Shown here piece after piece: positions 10,822 to 20,665 of a stretch of DNA of 64,000 nt. The notes beneath the pieces were generated by a model that saw only the letters and a program-made list of their open reading frames with translations, had not been told where the DNA came from and did not search any database. The stretch comes from an uncultured Verrucomicrobiae bacterium (GTDB taxonomy: Bacteria; Verrucomicrobiota; Verrucomicrobiia; Chthoniobacterales; JAFAMB01), in contig CAWIPH010000002.1 of the NCBI GenBank assembly GCA_963837955.1, positions 4,640,001-4,704,000 of the forward strand. Reading direction: 5' to 3'. Numbering within the stretch: position 1 is the first letter of the stretch; each line of letters begins with the position of its first letter. A program made the translations under genes and the position numbers.

Positions 10822-13236
10822 ATGTCCATCAGATATCCGGGCGGATTATTTGCTTTTTCCGGCCTCAGCCTCTTTTTGTGCTTGCTCGTCGCAAAAATTT
10901 TCGTTTCCTCAGCAGCCTCTTCACTGCGAGAATGGAGTTGCCTCATTTCCTCCCGGACAGCGGTCGATATGGCCACATGGAGCGGCCTCACCGCAACGTC
11001 AATATTGGTTTTGTGCCTAACTATGCCGACGCGACTTGGTCATAAATCCCGCGAGTTTTTTCTTCGGGCTCTCGGCGGAATTCTGGCCAGCTCTATTTAC
11101 CGGGTGAAAACATTCGGTCGCGAGAACCTGCCGAAAGGCGGGTTTCTTTTGCTGCCGAACCACATGACTTATGTTGACGCCGTTGTTCTGCAGCTGGCTT
11201 GTCCACGCCCGATTCGATTTGTTGTCCACGAGTCGATTTACCGGATTGGATGGCTCAACCCAATTTTGCGGCTGGTCGAAGCCATTCCGATCTCGAATGT
11301 TCACGCTAAGGACGCGGTCCGCAAAGCTGTGGAGCGGATTCGCGACGGGGAGATTGTTTGCGTGTTTCCGGAAGGAGAATTGAGCCGGACTGGAGTGTTG
11401 ATTAAATTGCGCAAGGGATTCGAGTTGATCGCGCGGCTGGCGGACGCCCCCACTGTCCCAGTCTGGCTGGATGGTCTGTGGGGCTCCATTTTTTCGTTCG
11501 AGCGCGGCCGATACTTTTTTAAGTGGCCGAAGAGAGTACCTCAGCTGGTAACCGTTGCCTTTGGCGAACCGATTGAGCCCGATTCTTTGCGTCTCTCATT
11601 GGCGCGCGAAAAGCTTTTAGAATTGGGCGAATTTTGTTTCGAGCAACGGCCAGAACTGCGACGCCATTTGGGCCGAGCAACTGTAAGCGGTCTGAAGAAA
11701 CACCAATTCCACGAAGCAATCATCGATGGGATGGATGGCCGGCGGATAAAACGAGGCGACCTGCTTGCGGCCAGCATCACGCTGAGCCGATGGATCCGAA
11801 AAAACATCCCAGACGAGCGAGTGGCGGTTGTGCTGCCGCCCGGGGTTGGTGCAGTGGTGGCGAACGTGGCCGTAACTCTCGCCAATAAGGTCCCGGTGAA
11901 TCTGAATTTCACAGCCGGCCGAGTTTCGTTGGAGTCTGCGATCCAGCGTGGACAGATTCTTCACGCCCTTTCCGCCAAGGCGGTAATGAAGCGGTTAGCC
12001 GATTTTCCGTGGCCACAAAATGTTTATCGGTTGGAGGAGTTGATGCCGGAACTGAAGCCGCGAATCATATTTTGGCGCATTATCAGTTTGCTGACCCCGG
12101 CTCCGGTGCTTAGCACCGTTCTGGGGTTGCCTCGTGAAGGTGGCACCAAAGAAGCAGTGCTACTATTCACCAGCGGATCCTCGGGAGAGCCCAAAGGCGT
12201 CGTTCTGAGCCACCGCAGCATTCTCGGCAATATTACGCAGTTTAGCTCTCTGCTGAATATGACAAGCGCCGATTCGATCATGGCCTCGCTGCCATTCTTC
12301 CATTGCTTCGGTTGCACCGTTACCCTTTGGTTTCCAATCACCGAGGGAGTACGGGTGATCTCCTATCCCACACCGGTGGATGTCGTAAAGAACGCGGAAT
12401 TGATTGAACGCCATCGCGTCACGCTGTTGCTGACGACTCCGACTTTTCTCCGCGGTTACTTAAAGCGGGCGGAACCAGCGCAGTTCGCCAGCGTTAAACT
12501 CTTAATTGCCGGCGCCGAAAAACTGCCACAGGAACTTTCTATCGCATTCGAAGAGAAGTTCGGTGTTCACGTTCACGAAGGTTATGGTCTTACCGAAACC
12601 GCGCCGGTGGTCAGCACCAATTTTCCCGATCCGCCGAAGAACCAACCAGACGATGCAATTCAGCCGGCTAATCGTGCCGGCTCGGTTGGAAAATTATTAC
12701 CCGGCCAGGCCGCCCATATCCGCCATCCAGAAACGGATGAGCTGCTCTCGAGCGAAGAATTGGGGATGCTCTGGTTAAAGGGACCGAATATTTTCCGGGA
12801 GTATCTCAACGAACCAGTAAGAACTGCCGAAGTACTGAAGGATGGCTGGTTCAAGACCGGCGATCTCGCCCGGTTCGACGAGGATGGGTTCTTATACATT
12901 GAGGGCCGTCTCTCTCGATTCTCGAAGGTCGCTGGGGAAATGGTGCCGCATGAAACGGTCGAGGCGACGATCATTGAAGTATTCAACTTGCGAATGGAGG
13001 ACGAGCGGCTGGTCGCAGTCATCGGTGTTCCGGATGAATCCAAAGGAGAAGCATTGGTGTTGCTGACCGTACGGGATCTTAAGCCTGCGGAGATCAGGGA
13101 GAAATTATTGGCGGCAGGTATTCCAAGCCTTTGGATCCCGAAGATCGTGAAGCGCGTGGAAAAGATCCCGATCCTTGGTTCAGGTAAGCTTGATCTGGGT
13201 CAATGCAAGGAACTCGCGCTGGCCACTAGTCGTTGA
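10822..13236 (+). CDS. Aas-like bifunctional acyltransferase (PlsC) / acyl-ACP synthetase (AMP-binding)
   Basis: NHMTYVD and FPEG acyltransferase motifs; FTSGSSGEPKG, YGLTE and TGD AMP-binding motifs; start uncertain. Confidence 0.88.
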   Translation: MSIRYPGGLFAFSGLSLFLCLLVAKIFVSSAASSLREWSCLISSRTAVDMATWSGLTATSILVLCLTMPTRLGHKSREFFLRALGGILASSIYRVKTFGRENLPKGGFLLLPNHMTYVDAVVLQLACPRPIRFVVHESIYRIGWLNPILRLVEAIPISNVHAKDAVRKAVERIRDGEIVCVFPEGELSRTGVLIKLRKGFELIARLADAPTVPVWLDGLWGSIFSFERGRYFFKWPKRVPQLVTVAFGEPIEPDSLRLSLAREKLLELGEFCFEQRPELRRHLGRATVSGLKKHQFHEAIIDGMDGRRIKRGDLLAASITLSRWIRKNIPDERVAVVLPPGVGAVVANVAVTLANKVPVNLNFTAGRVSLESAIQRGQILHALSAKAVMKRLADFPWPQNVYRLEELMPELKPRIIFWRIISLLTPAPVLSTVLGLPREGGTKEAVLLFTSGSSGEPKGVVLSHRSILGNITQFSSLLNMTSADSIMASLPFFHCFGCTVTLWFPITEGVRVISYPTPVDVVKNAELIERHRVTLLLTTPTFLRGYLKRAEPAQFASVKLLIAGAEKLPQELSIAFEEKFGVHVHEGYGLTETAPVVSTNFPDPPKNQPDDAIQPANRAGSVGKLLPGQAAHIRHPETDELLSSEELGMLWLKGPNIFREYLNEPVRTAEVLKDGWFKTGDLARFDEDGFLYIEGRLSRFSKVAGEMVPHETVEATIIEVFNLRMEDERLVAVIGVPDESKGEALVLLTVRDLKPAEIREKLLAAGIPSLWIPKIVKRVEKIPILGSGKLDLGQCKELALATSR

Positions 13237-13290
13237 TCGGCGGATCCCTGTATCGTTTGCGACCAGCTGGCGTAAGGCATAATCCGACGC

Positions 13291-13477
13291 GCCGGAGGGT
13301 GCGCTGCTTCCGACTTCGCCAGTGGGTGGCGATTATTTTGCGATCGGAAGAGGCTTCGTCGGGACACGTGCAGCGCCCGGAAGTAACCCGGGGCAAATCG
13401 AGGAATCGAGTCACGCGATCAGGTGTGTTGTCTTATCATGGGCTGTTCCCGGGAGGCGCACGTGCCTCCCCTCCGAC
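13291..13477. repeat. Dispersed repeat family A copy 2
   Basis: CTTCCGACTTCGCC...GGCTTCGTCGGGACACGTGC, ends CCCCTCCGAC. Confidence 0.75.
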
Positions 13478-13536
13478 ACCCGGGACCGCCTGGCAGCCGG
13501 AGGAGCGCTACGCGACTTCTCGCTCCCGGCTCCTGA

Positions 13537-14283
13537 TTACCTGCCAGAATTTCGTTCCACAGAATAAACTGAGACATCAACACGAGGAGCGAAACAAACA
13601 TGGTCCGGCGCACCGCTTGGCGCTGCAAACCCATCCAGTTCAAAAAGCCGCGCATCGTAGTGACTTACTTCGGCTCGGCTCACTTGATACGGTGGATGAT
13701 AAACCCTCCCGGTGAGTAGCTCTCCCCGGCGGAAGGCAAATAGACGATAGCGTTCGATCAAGAAAAATTCGAGCGTTCCGAGACCAGCCTCACCGAATGA
13801 GCCGGAGGGTCGATAGCGATACTCCAGTGCCGGAGGACAGGCAACCCTTTCCGAAGCGTAATCTATCCAACCGCCTATCCTGGTTGCCCGCATTACGGCA
13901 TGCCGATATGGCAACGCGAAGAAGACTCGGGCAATCCACACAGCCAAAGGCTGATTAGCATCCAAAGAAAAGAACCAAATGCCTGGCCTCCCTGATTCGT
14001 CCCTTACGTAAGTGCGGAGGTTTAGCTCCAAAAAACTGGATACCAATGGCAACGGAGGAAATCCGCGAGGGCGGATACCATCCATGAAAAACGGTACGAT
14101 GCCGATCCAGGCGCTTCCGTCGAAGCAGTCGACGGTAAGTCCCCTGGGTATGTGTTTCTGAATATCGTCAGCAGCCCAGCGCCAATGAAGAAAGAGCAAT
14201 TTGGTCCAGCGCTGGAACATCGCTGGACTTCGTCGAGTCGGAAGTTGGCGTTCGAACAGTTGCCGCGATACCCACTCGCTCAT
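13537..14283 (-). CDS. DUF2071 / YqjF family protein
   Basis: MFQRWTKLLFLHW, FLELNLRTYV, GIWFFSLDA, FLIERY motifs. Confidence 0.88.
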   Translation of the reverse strand: MSEWVSRQLFERQLPTRRSPAMFQRWTKLLFLHWRWAADDIQKHIPRGLTVDCFDGSAWIGIVPFFMDGIRPRGFPPLPLVSSFLELNLRTYVRDESGRPGIWFFSLDANQPLAVWIARVFFALPYRHAVMRATRIGGWIDYASERVACPPALEYRYRPSGSFGEAGLGTLEFFLIERYRLFAFRRGELLTGRVYHPPYQVSRAEVSHYDARLFELDGFAAPSGAPDHVCFAPRVDVSVYSVERNSGR

Positions 14284-14867
14284 CGGGGGACCACTATGCC
14301 GGTGGCAATCGCTGGCAGCGGCGTACTGTCCGGCAATGGTCCCGGCACGATCTCTACTTTCGCCCCAACCCCAATGGTTGCGAAAAGCCGAATAATGTCC
14401 GCCGATCGCATTCGGATGCAGCCGAAGCTAGCCGGCCTGCCAATGTTGCGTTCTTCCGGAGTCCCGTGAATGTAAATATATCGCGCAAACGCGTCTCTGT
14501 TTTGGGGTTCCAAGCCTTTCAACCACAGGATCCGAGTAACGATTGGGTCCCGTCCGGGTGCGTCCGGATGCAACACTTCTCCGGTCTGTTTGCGACTTTT
14601 GAAAACGGCTCCAGCCGGGGCCCCATCTCCGATCTTTTTTGCGATTTCCAGACGGCCCAATGGCGTCCGGTAAGTTCCGTCAGAGTCGCCGATTCCGAAT
14701 TTTGATGTCGATACCAGGTAGTGGCCGATCACTTGGTTTTTGGCGTAAACATCCATCGCCTGGTCCGCGATACTGACGACCACGCTATGGACGCTATCGC
14801 GTTGAACGCAGGAAGCCAAAAGAATACACACCAAAATCGTGAATCGGTAGAGAGCCGATAACTGCAT
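14280..14867 (-). CDS. L,D-transpeptidase (YkuD) lipoprotein
   Basis: IYIHGT...PASFGCIRM catalytic motif; LLASC lipobox. Confidence 0.9.
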   Translation of the reverse strand: MQLSALYRFTILVCILLASCVQRDSVHSVVVSIADQAMDVYAKNQVIGHYLVSTSKFGIGDSDGTYRTPLGRLEIAKKIGDGAPAGAVFKSRKQTGEVLHPDAPGRDPIVTRILWLKGLEPQNRDAFARYIYIHGTPEERNIGRPASFGCIRMRSADIIRLFATIGVGAKVEIVPGPLPDSTPLPAIATGIVVPR

Positions 14868-14923
14868 AGTCTATCCGAAGAAAAGCACAATTTTGCCTGC
14901 GAAGACAGGCGAAAACCCTTCGC

Positions 14924-15153
14924 GTCGGAGGGGATGTGGTTCCGACTTCGCTAAGTTATGCGCCATGGTCCAACCGGTGAGAGCTTCGTCGGACACGTGC
15001 CTCTCTCCGGAAAAGCCATGATCCAACGGAGCTAGCAAATCCACGGCCTCGAGCCCTCGGTCAACCGGGTTTCGCACGTGTCCCGACGAAGCCTTTCCCG
15101 ATCACAAAATAATCGCCACAAACTGGCGAAGTCGCAAGTAACGACCCTCCGGC
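14924..15153. repeat. Family A element with two cores in inverted orientation
   Basis: 14926-15000 matches copy 1; 15074-15153 is the reverse complement of copy 2; termini GTCGGAGGG...CCCTCCGGC. Confidence 0.75.
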
Positions 15154-15164
15154 GTGATCGGCAA

Positions 15165-15192
15165 TTGACACTATTAGATTTTCTAATAACGT
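15165..15192 (+). promoter_or_regulatory. Sigma70-like promoter of sdhCAB with a palindromic operator in the spacer
   Basis: TTGACA-N16-TAACGT; TATTAGA-ttt-TCTAATA dyad at 15172-15188. Confidence 0.55.
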
Positions 15193-15199
15193 GCAGATT

Positions 15200-15922
15200 A
15201 TGGCTTCCGCGACGGTTTTCCCCACTCGTTCCCGGAGCTTTTCTCGCAACCCCATCCGAGTGTTTTATCAATCCTCGATTGGTAAGAAAATTACGGTCGC
15301 GCTGACCGGTGTGATCCTCATTCTGTTTGTCATTGGGCATCTTCTCGGGAACCTCGAGATCTACTTGGGGCAGGATCATACAAACGGGTACGCCGAGTTT
15401 TTGCACACGACCGGACCGCTCCTTTGGATCGTGCGTATCGTACTAATTGCGGCGGTGGTAGCTCATATCGTGGCCACGATTCAATTGAGCGTGGAGAACC
15501 GCCGGGCGAAACCGCGGAAATATGCTCGGAAAGTTTCGCAGGCATCTACGATAGCTTCTCGGACGATGATTTACAGCGGGTTGCTAGTTCTCTGTTTCGT
15601 CATCTATCACCTGCTTCACTTCACGTTTGAAACGACAAATCCGGAGTTCCGCACGCTCACGGACGCGCAAGGCCGTCACGATGTGTACCACATGGTGATC
15701 CTGGGGTTTCGGCAGCCAATCATTTCATCGTTCTACGTTGTCAGTGTGTTTTTACTTGCCGGCCATCTGAGTCACGGCTTTGCCAGCGTCACTCAGACGC
15801 TCGGCATCAATAATCGAAAACTTTCGGGGCTAATCTCGAACGGAGGGCGAGTGCTTGCCTGGCTTATCTTCGCGGGCTACGCCTCTATTCCGATCACCGT
15901 TCTGTTAGGCGTCCTGAAGTAA
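15200..15922 (+). CDS. sdhC: Succinate dehydrogenase cytochrome b subunit
   Basis: [19 protein letters not shown], heme His residues, five TM segments; precedes sdhA. Confidence 0.9.
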   Translation: MASATVFPTRSRSFSRNPIRVFYQSSIGKKITVALTGVILILFVIGHLLGNLEIYLGQDHTNGYAEFLHTTGPLLWIVRIVLIAAVVAHIVATIQLSVENRRAKPRKYARKVSQASTIASRTMIYSGLLVLCFVIYHLLHFTFETTNPEFRTLTDAQGRHDVYHMVILGFRQPIISSFYVVSVFLLAGHLSHGFASVTQTLGINNRKLSGLISNGGRVLAWLIFAGYASIPITVLLGVLK

Positions 15923-15926
15923 GGTT

Positions 15927-17846
15927 ATGGATACGATGCTCAATTCCAAGGTCCCCTCGGGCCCGCTCGAATCAAAATGGCGGAAACATCGGGATGAGTC
16001 CAAACTGGTCAGTCCAAACAACAAGCGGAAGTTTGATATCCTGGTAGTTGGGAGCGGACTAGCTGGTGCGTCAGCAGCGGCGTCTCTGGCTGAGCTTGGG
16101 TATAACGTAAAATGCTTCTGCTTCCAAGATAGCCCGCGGCGGGCCCATAGTATCGCTGCGCAAGGTGGGATCAACGCTGCCAAAAACTACCAGAACGATG
16201 GCGATAGCGTTTTCCGGCTGTTCTATGACACGATTAAAGGAGGCGATTTTCGTGCCCGCGAGGCAAACGTATATCGCCTGGCCGAATTGAGTCTCGGAAT
16301 CATCGATCAATGCGTAGCGCAGGGTGTTCCGTTCGCGCGGGAGTATGGCGGCCTTCTGGCAAATCGGTCTTTCGGTGGCGCCCAGGTTTCGCGCACGTTT
16401 TACGCGCGAGGGCAGACTGGCCAACAACTGCTCCTCGGAGCGTACCAGGCGTTGGCTCATCAGATCGCGCTGGGTGGAGTGCAGATGTTTCCGCGCACGG
16501 AGCTGTTGGACATCGTCGTGGTGCATGGACATGCCAAAGGGGTCATTGTTCGTGATCTCATTTCAGGCGAGATCACGGCACACGCCGGCGACACGGTGGT
16601 TCTGGCGACCGGGGGCTACGGAAACGTCTTCTATCTTTCTACCAATGCGCGCGGCTGCAATGTTTCGGCGACTTTTCGGGCCTACAAGCGAGGCGCTTTT
16701 TTCGCCAACCCTTGCTACACTCAGATTCATCCAACCTGTATTCCGGTCAGCGGTCCTTACCAATCCAAATTAACCCTCATGTCGGAGTCGCTCCGTAACG
16801 ACGGCCGTGTTTGGGTGCCGAAGAAAAAAGGAGACCAGCGACCGCCCGATCAGATTCCGGAAAGCGACAGAGATTACTACCTGGAACGAAAGTATCCGAG
16901 CTACGGCAACCTGGCCCCGCGGGATATAGCGTCTCGCAGCGCGAAGGAAGTCTGCGATGAGGGGCGTGGTGTCGGTCCGGGAGGCCTAGGTGTGTATCTC
17001 GATTTTTCTGGTGCGCTCAAGAGATTGGGCGAGGAGACGATTCGCGAGCGGTACGGCAATCTGTTCGACATGTACCACAACATCACCGGAGAGGATGCCT
17101 ACAAGCTACCGATGCGGATTTATCCCGCCGTCCACTACACGATGGGTGGTCTTTGGGTCGACTACAATCTGATGAGCACCCTGCCGGGGTTGCATGTTTT
17201 AGGTGAAGCCAATTTTTCGGATCACGGTGCAAATCGCTTAGGAGCCAGCGCGTTAATGCAGGGTCTGGCCGACGGCTATTTCGTCATTCCATACACAATC
17301 GGAAATTACCTGGCGACGCAGATGAACAAGAAGGTTTCCGTAGATCGCCCCGAATTTGCCGCGGCTAAGGAGGAAGTCCATCAGCGGATTAGACGACTCC
17401 TGTCAATCAAAGGAAAAAGGACGGTCACTTCTTTCCACCGGGAACTGGGCTCGCTGGTTTGGGAAAAGTGCGGGATGGCGCGCAGCGCGACGAGCCTGAA
17501 AGAGGCTCTGCAGAAGATTCCCGTTCTGCGCGAAGAATTCTGGCAGAATGTCAACGTGCTCGGCGACGGGAGCGAATTAAACCAGGCGCTGGAACAAGCC
17601 GGGCGAGTTGCCGACTTCCTGGAGTTTGCTGAGCTGATGTGTGAAGATGCGCTCGAGCGCAACGAGTCATGTGGGGGGCATTTCCGAACGGAATACCAGA
17701 CCGAGGATGGCGAAGCGCTGAGAAACGACGACGAATTTTGCCACGTAGCCGCCTGGCAATACAATGGTCCGAACGCCAAGCCAACTCGGAACGTTGAGCC
17801 ACTCGAGTTCGAAAACGTCAGACTTGCCCAGCGGAGCTACAAATGA
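15927..17846 (+). CDS. sdhA: Succinate dehydrogenase/fumarate reductase flavoprotein subunit
   Basis: [37 protein letters not shown]. Confidence 0.96.
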   Translation: MDTMLNSKVPSGPLESKWRKHRDESKLVSPNNKRKFDILVVGSGLAGASAAASLAELGYNVKCFCFQDSPRRAHSIAAQGGINAAKNYQNDGDSVFRLFYDTIKGGDFRAREANVYRLAELSLGIIDQCVAQGVPFAREYGGLLANRSFGGAQVSRTFYARGQTGQQLLLGAYQALAHQIALGGVQMFPRTELLDIVVVHGHAKGVIVRDLISGEITAHAGDTVVLATGGYGNVFYLSTNARGCNVSATFRAYKRGAFFANPCYTQIHPTCIPVSGPYQSKLTLMSESLRNDGRVWVPKKKGDQRPPDQIPESDRDYYLERKYPSYGNLAPRDIASRSAKEVCDEGRGVGPGGLGVYLDFSGALKRLGEETIRERYGNLFDMYHNITGEDAYKLPMRIYPAVHYTMGGLWVDYNLMSTLPGLHVLGEANFSDHGANRLGASALMQGLADGYFVIPYTIGNYLATQMNKKVSVDRPEFAAAKEEVHQRIRRLLSIKGKRTVTSFHRELGSLVWEKCGMARSATSLKEALQKIPVLREEFWQNVNVLGDGSELNQALEQAGRVADFLEFAELMCEDALERNESCGGHFRTEYQTEDGEALRNDDEFCHVAAWQYNGPNAKPTRNVEPLEFENVRLAQRSYK

Positions 17847-18601
17847 ATTTTAAATTGAAAGTCTGGCGGCAAGCTCGACCGGATGCGGCCGGTAAATTCG
17901 TTGATTACGACGCGAGAGAGATTCCCGCAGAAGCATCCTTTCTGGAAATGCTGGATATTGTGAATGAAGGCCTGAACGATCGGAATGAGGATCCAATCGC
18001 TTTTGACTCTGACTGCCGTGAAGGCATCTGTGGAATGTGCTCGCTAGTCATTAACGGCATACCGCACGGTCAAGGGAAAGCGAAGACTACCTGCCAGCTT
18101 TACATGCGCAGGTTCCGTGACGGGGCCAAGATTTGGATCGAGCCTTTTCGAGCTGCTACTTTTCCGGTTATCAAGGATCTTGCGGTCGACCGGGGAGCGC
18201 TCGATCGGATTATTGAGGCTGGTGGCTACATCACGGCGCGCACCGGTTCCGCGCCCGAGGCGAACTCCATTCCTATTGGTAAGCCGGTAGCCGATTTGGC
18301 AATGGAGGCGGCGGCCTGCATCGGCTGCGGAGCTTGCGTTGCGGCCTGCCCAAATTCCTCTGCAATGCTTTTTGTTGCCGCCAAGGTTTCTCATCTTGGC
18401 TTGCTCCCCCAAGGCCAACCTGAGCATAGCAATCGCGTAATCAAAATGGTTCGGACGATGGATAGCCTTGGATTCGGCAATTGTACGAACCATTACGAAT
18501 GCGAAGCGGTTTGCCCGGCCGAGATCAGCGCCGGCTTCATTTCCAGGCTGAACCGGGATTATGGAGCGGCAACGGTTAAAGAAGCGCTCGCGGTTGGGTA
18601 A
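17843..18601 (+). CDS. sdhB: Succinate dehydrogenase/fumarate reductase iron-sulfur subunit
   Basis: [34 protein letters not shown]. Confidence 0.96.
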   Translation: MNFKLKVWRQARPDAAGKFVDYDAREIPAEASFLEMLDIVNEGLNDRNEDPIAFDSDCREGICGMCSLVINGIPHGQGKAKTTCQLYMRRFRDGAKIWIEPFRAATFPVIKDLAVDRGALDRIIEAGGYITARTGSAPEANSIPIGKPVADLAMEAAACIGCGACVAACPNSSAMLFVAAKVSHLGLLPQGQPEHSNRVIKMVRTMDSLGFGNCTNHYECEAVCPAEISAGFISRLNRDYGAATVKEALAVG

Positions 18602-18863
18602 CGGCGAACGGTTTGGGTTAGCGGTTTGCTGTCGCCTGTAAAAGCCATTAACGGCTTAGCGTGTAAGGTTTGTAACGACGAGTGCCGCTCCGTCCTGTTC
18701 CGGGTCTTCGGCAACTTCCGGCGGCCTTAAGCATAGGTTTCGCAAATTCGTGGATTTCGCTGGTCACAGCTAGTCCAGCCATTGCGGACCATCGTAAGGA
18801 ATCGCAAACAAGGAGGGAGCCGCCTCAAATTTGATTCGAATAGCCGATCTGCGGGCTATCAAA

Positions 18864-18927
18864 CTTGACGAATTCCCAACTTTGTGCTCGCGAGAAGGCC
18901 CAAAATCCGTACGGCTTAATCCGTATG
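18864..18927 (+). promoter_or_regulatory. Conserved leader of repeat-peptide gene 1
   Basis: TTTGTGCTCGCGAGAAGGCCCAAAATCCGTACGGCTTAATCCGTATG closely matches 20606-20668. Confidence 0.65.
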
Positions 18928-19242
18928 AAAAAGCTATTCTTGATCATGGTGTGCTCTGCAGCGACTCTCAACGTTTCGTGGGCCGCTCCGTTCGGCGAGA
19001 TGATGCCGATGCACTACAGTCCCAACGACAATCGGACCATAGTTGTTCCAAAAACAAGTAAACCCTCGAGCGATACAACCCGGTCGTCGGGTCAACAGTG
19101 GATCGCTGTGCTCATGCCGCCCAAACCCCGCGGCGTCGCTGTGCTGATGCCGACTCACCCCCGCGGCATCGCTGTGCTGATGCCGACTCACCCCCGCGGC
19201 GTCGCTGTGTTGATGCCCACCCACCCCCGCGGCGTCTTATGA
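18925..19242 (+). CDS. Secreted tandem-repeat peptide precursor P1 (4 x 11-aa [IV]AVLMP(TH/PK)PRG)
   Basis: Sec signal MKKLFLIMVCSAATLNVSWA, PFGEMMPMHYSP pro-region, repeats with synonymous variation; ATG 18925. Confidence 0.75.
   Translation: MKKLFLIMVCSAATLNVSWAAPFGEMMPMHYSPNDNRTIVVPKTSKPSSDTTRSSGQQWIAVLMPPKPRGVAVLMPTHPRGIAVLMPTHPRGVAVLMPTHPRGVL
19102..19233 (+). repeat. 33-bp coding tandem repeat x4
   Basis: (g/a)tc gct gtg ctg atg ccg act cac ccc cgc ggc units. Confidence 0.95.
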
Positions 19243-19266
19243 CTTGAAGCCTGTCGGGAGCCTGAG

Positions 19267-19296
19267 GCCTGACCGGCTTCAACATGCCGGCCAGGC
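19267..19296. terminator. Hairpin between convergent P1 and NTF2-A
   Basis: GCCTGACCGGC-ttcaacat-GCCGGCCAGGC; no clear U tract. Confidence 0.5.
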
Positions 19297-19800
19297 TTAG
19301 GGCTCGAGAAAGCTGGAGTGCCCGCTGATGACCTTCCATCCTTCCGGAAACCTCCGAAAGATCATCGTGTCGGTGGAGAACGCATCTTTACCGTGGGTCC
19401 GAAACGTGAACCAGGTCAGCGCCAAATAGAACTCCGAACTAAGCCGTTGAATCTTGGCACGCTGCAAAGTGACCGTGGCCATTTCCGACCGATCAGGATA
19501 TCCACGCTGATAGGCCGCCAGGATCTCGGCCCATCCCATAATTTGCTCTCCATCGATGACCACAAGCAAATCCGGAGACTTCCAAAGTAGGTCCATGTAA
19601 TGCTCGATGTCGTGCGCATTCCAATATCGAACCTGGTCGAGAATCACCTGGTAAACTTGTTGTTCGTCGGTCAACACCGAGGGTGATCCGACGGGCGTTG
19701 GCGACGCAATTGAATCATACACCCAGGCTGACTGCGGATCCGCGGCAAACCCCTGGAACGAAAGAAAGAGCAGCAGCGTAATAAACCATCTGGATGCCAT
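19297..19800 (-). CDS. Secreted NTF2/SnoaL-like (DUF4440-type) protein A
   Basis: Signal peptide MASRWFITLLLFLSFQGFA; WNAHDIEHYMD..WKSPDL, GW, GWKVISGHSS; start may be 19812 or further upstream. Confidence 0.8.
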   Translation of the reverse strand: MASRWFITLLLFLSFQGFAADPQSAWVYDSIASPTPVGSPSVLTDEQQVYQVILDQVRYWNAHDIEHYMDLLWKSPDLLVVIDGEQIMGWAEILAAYQRGYPDRSEMATVTLQRAKIQRLSSEFYLALTWFTFRTHGKDAFSTDTMIFRRFPEGWKVISGHSSFLEP

Positions 19801-19969
19801 CCTGATCATCATCAAAAAGGTGCTTCTTCTAACCAGGATTTGTCTCGGCATGCCAGCTTTTAATTGTATCAATCGAGAATCAATTAGACGTCTTTCGCGC
19901 GGCCACTTTACAGATTCGCAGGAGGTAGAGGTTTTGCGGGTAAAAGCCCTAAAATTTCGCAAGTTCGAG

Positions 19970-20090
19970 AACCTGGGAGACGTCAGTCCGATCGGGATCT
20001 TCTATGCTGCGCCGTTCGATGTTTATCCGACAGAGATCGACGTTTTCCAGCCGAACTTGATTGTCGTGCTCAACGCCAACCAATCCACTT
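19970..20090 (+). pseudogene. Uma2/DUF820 endonuclease-like fragment
   Basis: Translates to GIFYAAPFDVYPTEIDVFQPNLIVV, resembling the Uma2 APxDV...QPD motif; no plausible start and no rest of the domain. Confidence 0.5.
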
Positions 20091-20201
20091 CCTTCTCAAC
20101 CAGTTTCATAGATGTTTTTGTTGATTTGATCCTTCGTCTTCATTATCAGTTTTGAAAATCAAGCCGGGCTGCGCTGCTAGTGGCTGAGATCCCTACATAC
20201 C

Positions 20202-20492
20202 ATGGATGCGAAAAGAACAGTGATCATGACGGTCGTTTTGCTGGCAGTGGGTTTGGAACCTTCCTACGCGGCAATGCCTTTTGGGCGGCTTATGCCGCTG
20301 CACTATGGTCCGGACGATATACGGACGGTGGTTGTTCCTCAGACTGAGAAGAAGCTTGCGTTTTCATCGTTGCCACAGAATAGCCTTTCGACGAGCAGGC
20401 GATCCGCGGCCCCAGCGCCGGGAAAGGTAGGTACTGTAACCTTCCGGGACCTTGACGCTTTTTGGCCCTTTCTGGAAATCGCTAGACTTTGA
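20202..20492 (+). CDS. Secreted peptide P2, paralog of P1 without tandem cores
   Basis: Signal peptide then PFGRLMPLHYGPDDIRTVVVPQT, matching P1 PFGEMMPMHYSPNDNRTIVVPKT. Confidence 0.7.
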   Translation: MDAKRTVIMTVVLLAVGLEPSYAAMPFGRLMPLHYGPDDIRTVVVPQTEKKLAFSSLPQNSLSTSRRSAAPAPGKVGTVTFRDLDAFWPFLEIARL

Positions 20493-20665
20493 CCTCGCTG
20501 GACAGTGGCCAGTAGGTAAGTGAGTAACGGGACCAGGCAAAAACTTCCCGGAAGCGACAACCCGCCCTGCCATCAAAAAAGGAGAACGGCATCTGGTCGC
20601 TCTATCTTGCGAGTTCTCAATTTTGTGCTCGCGAGAACGCACAAAAGTCGTACGGCTTGAGTCGT

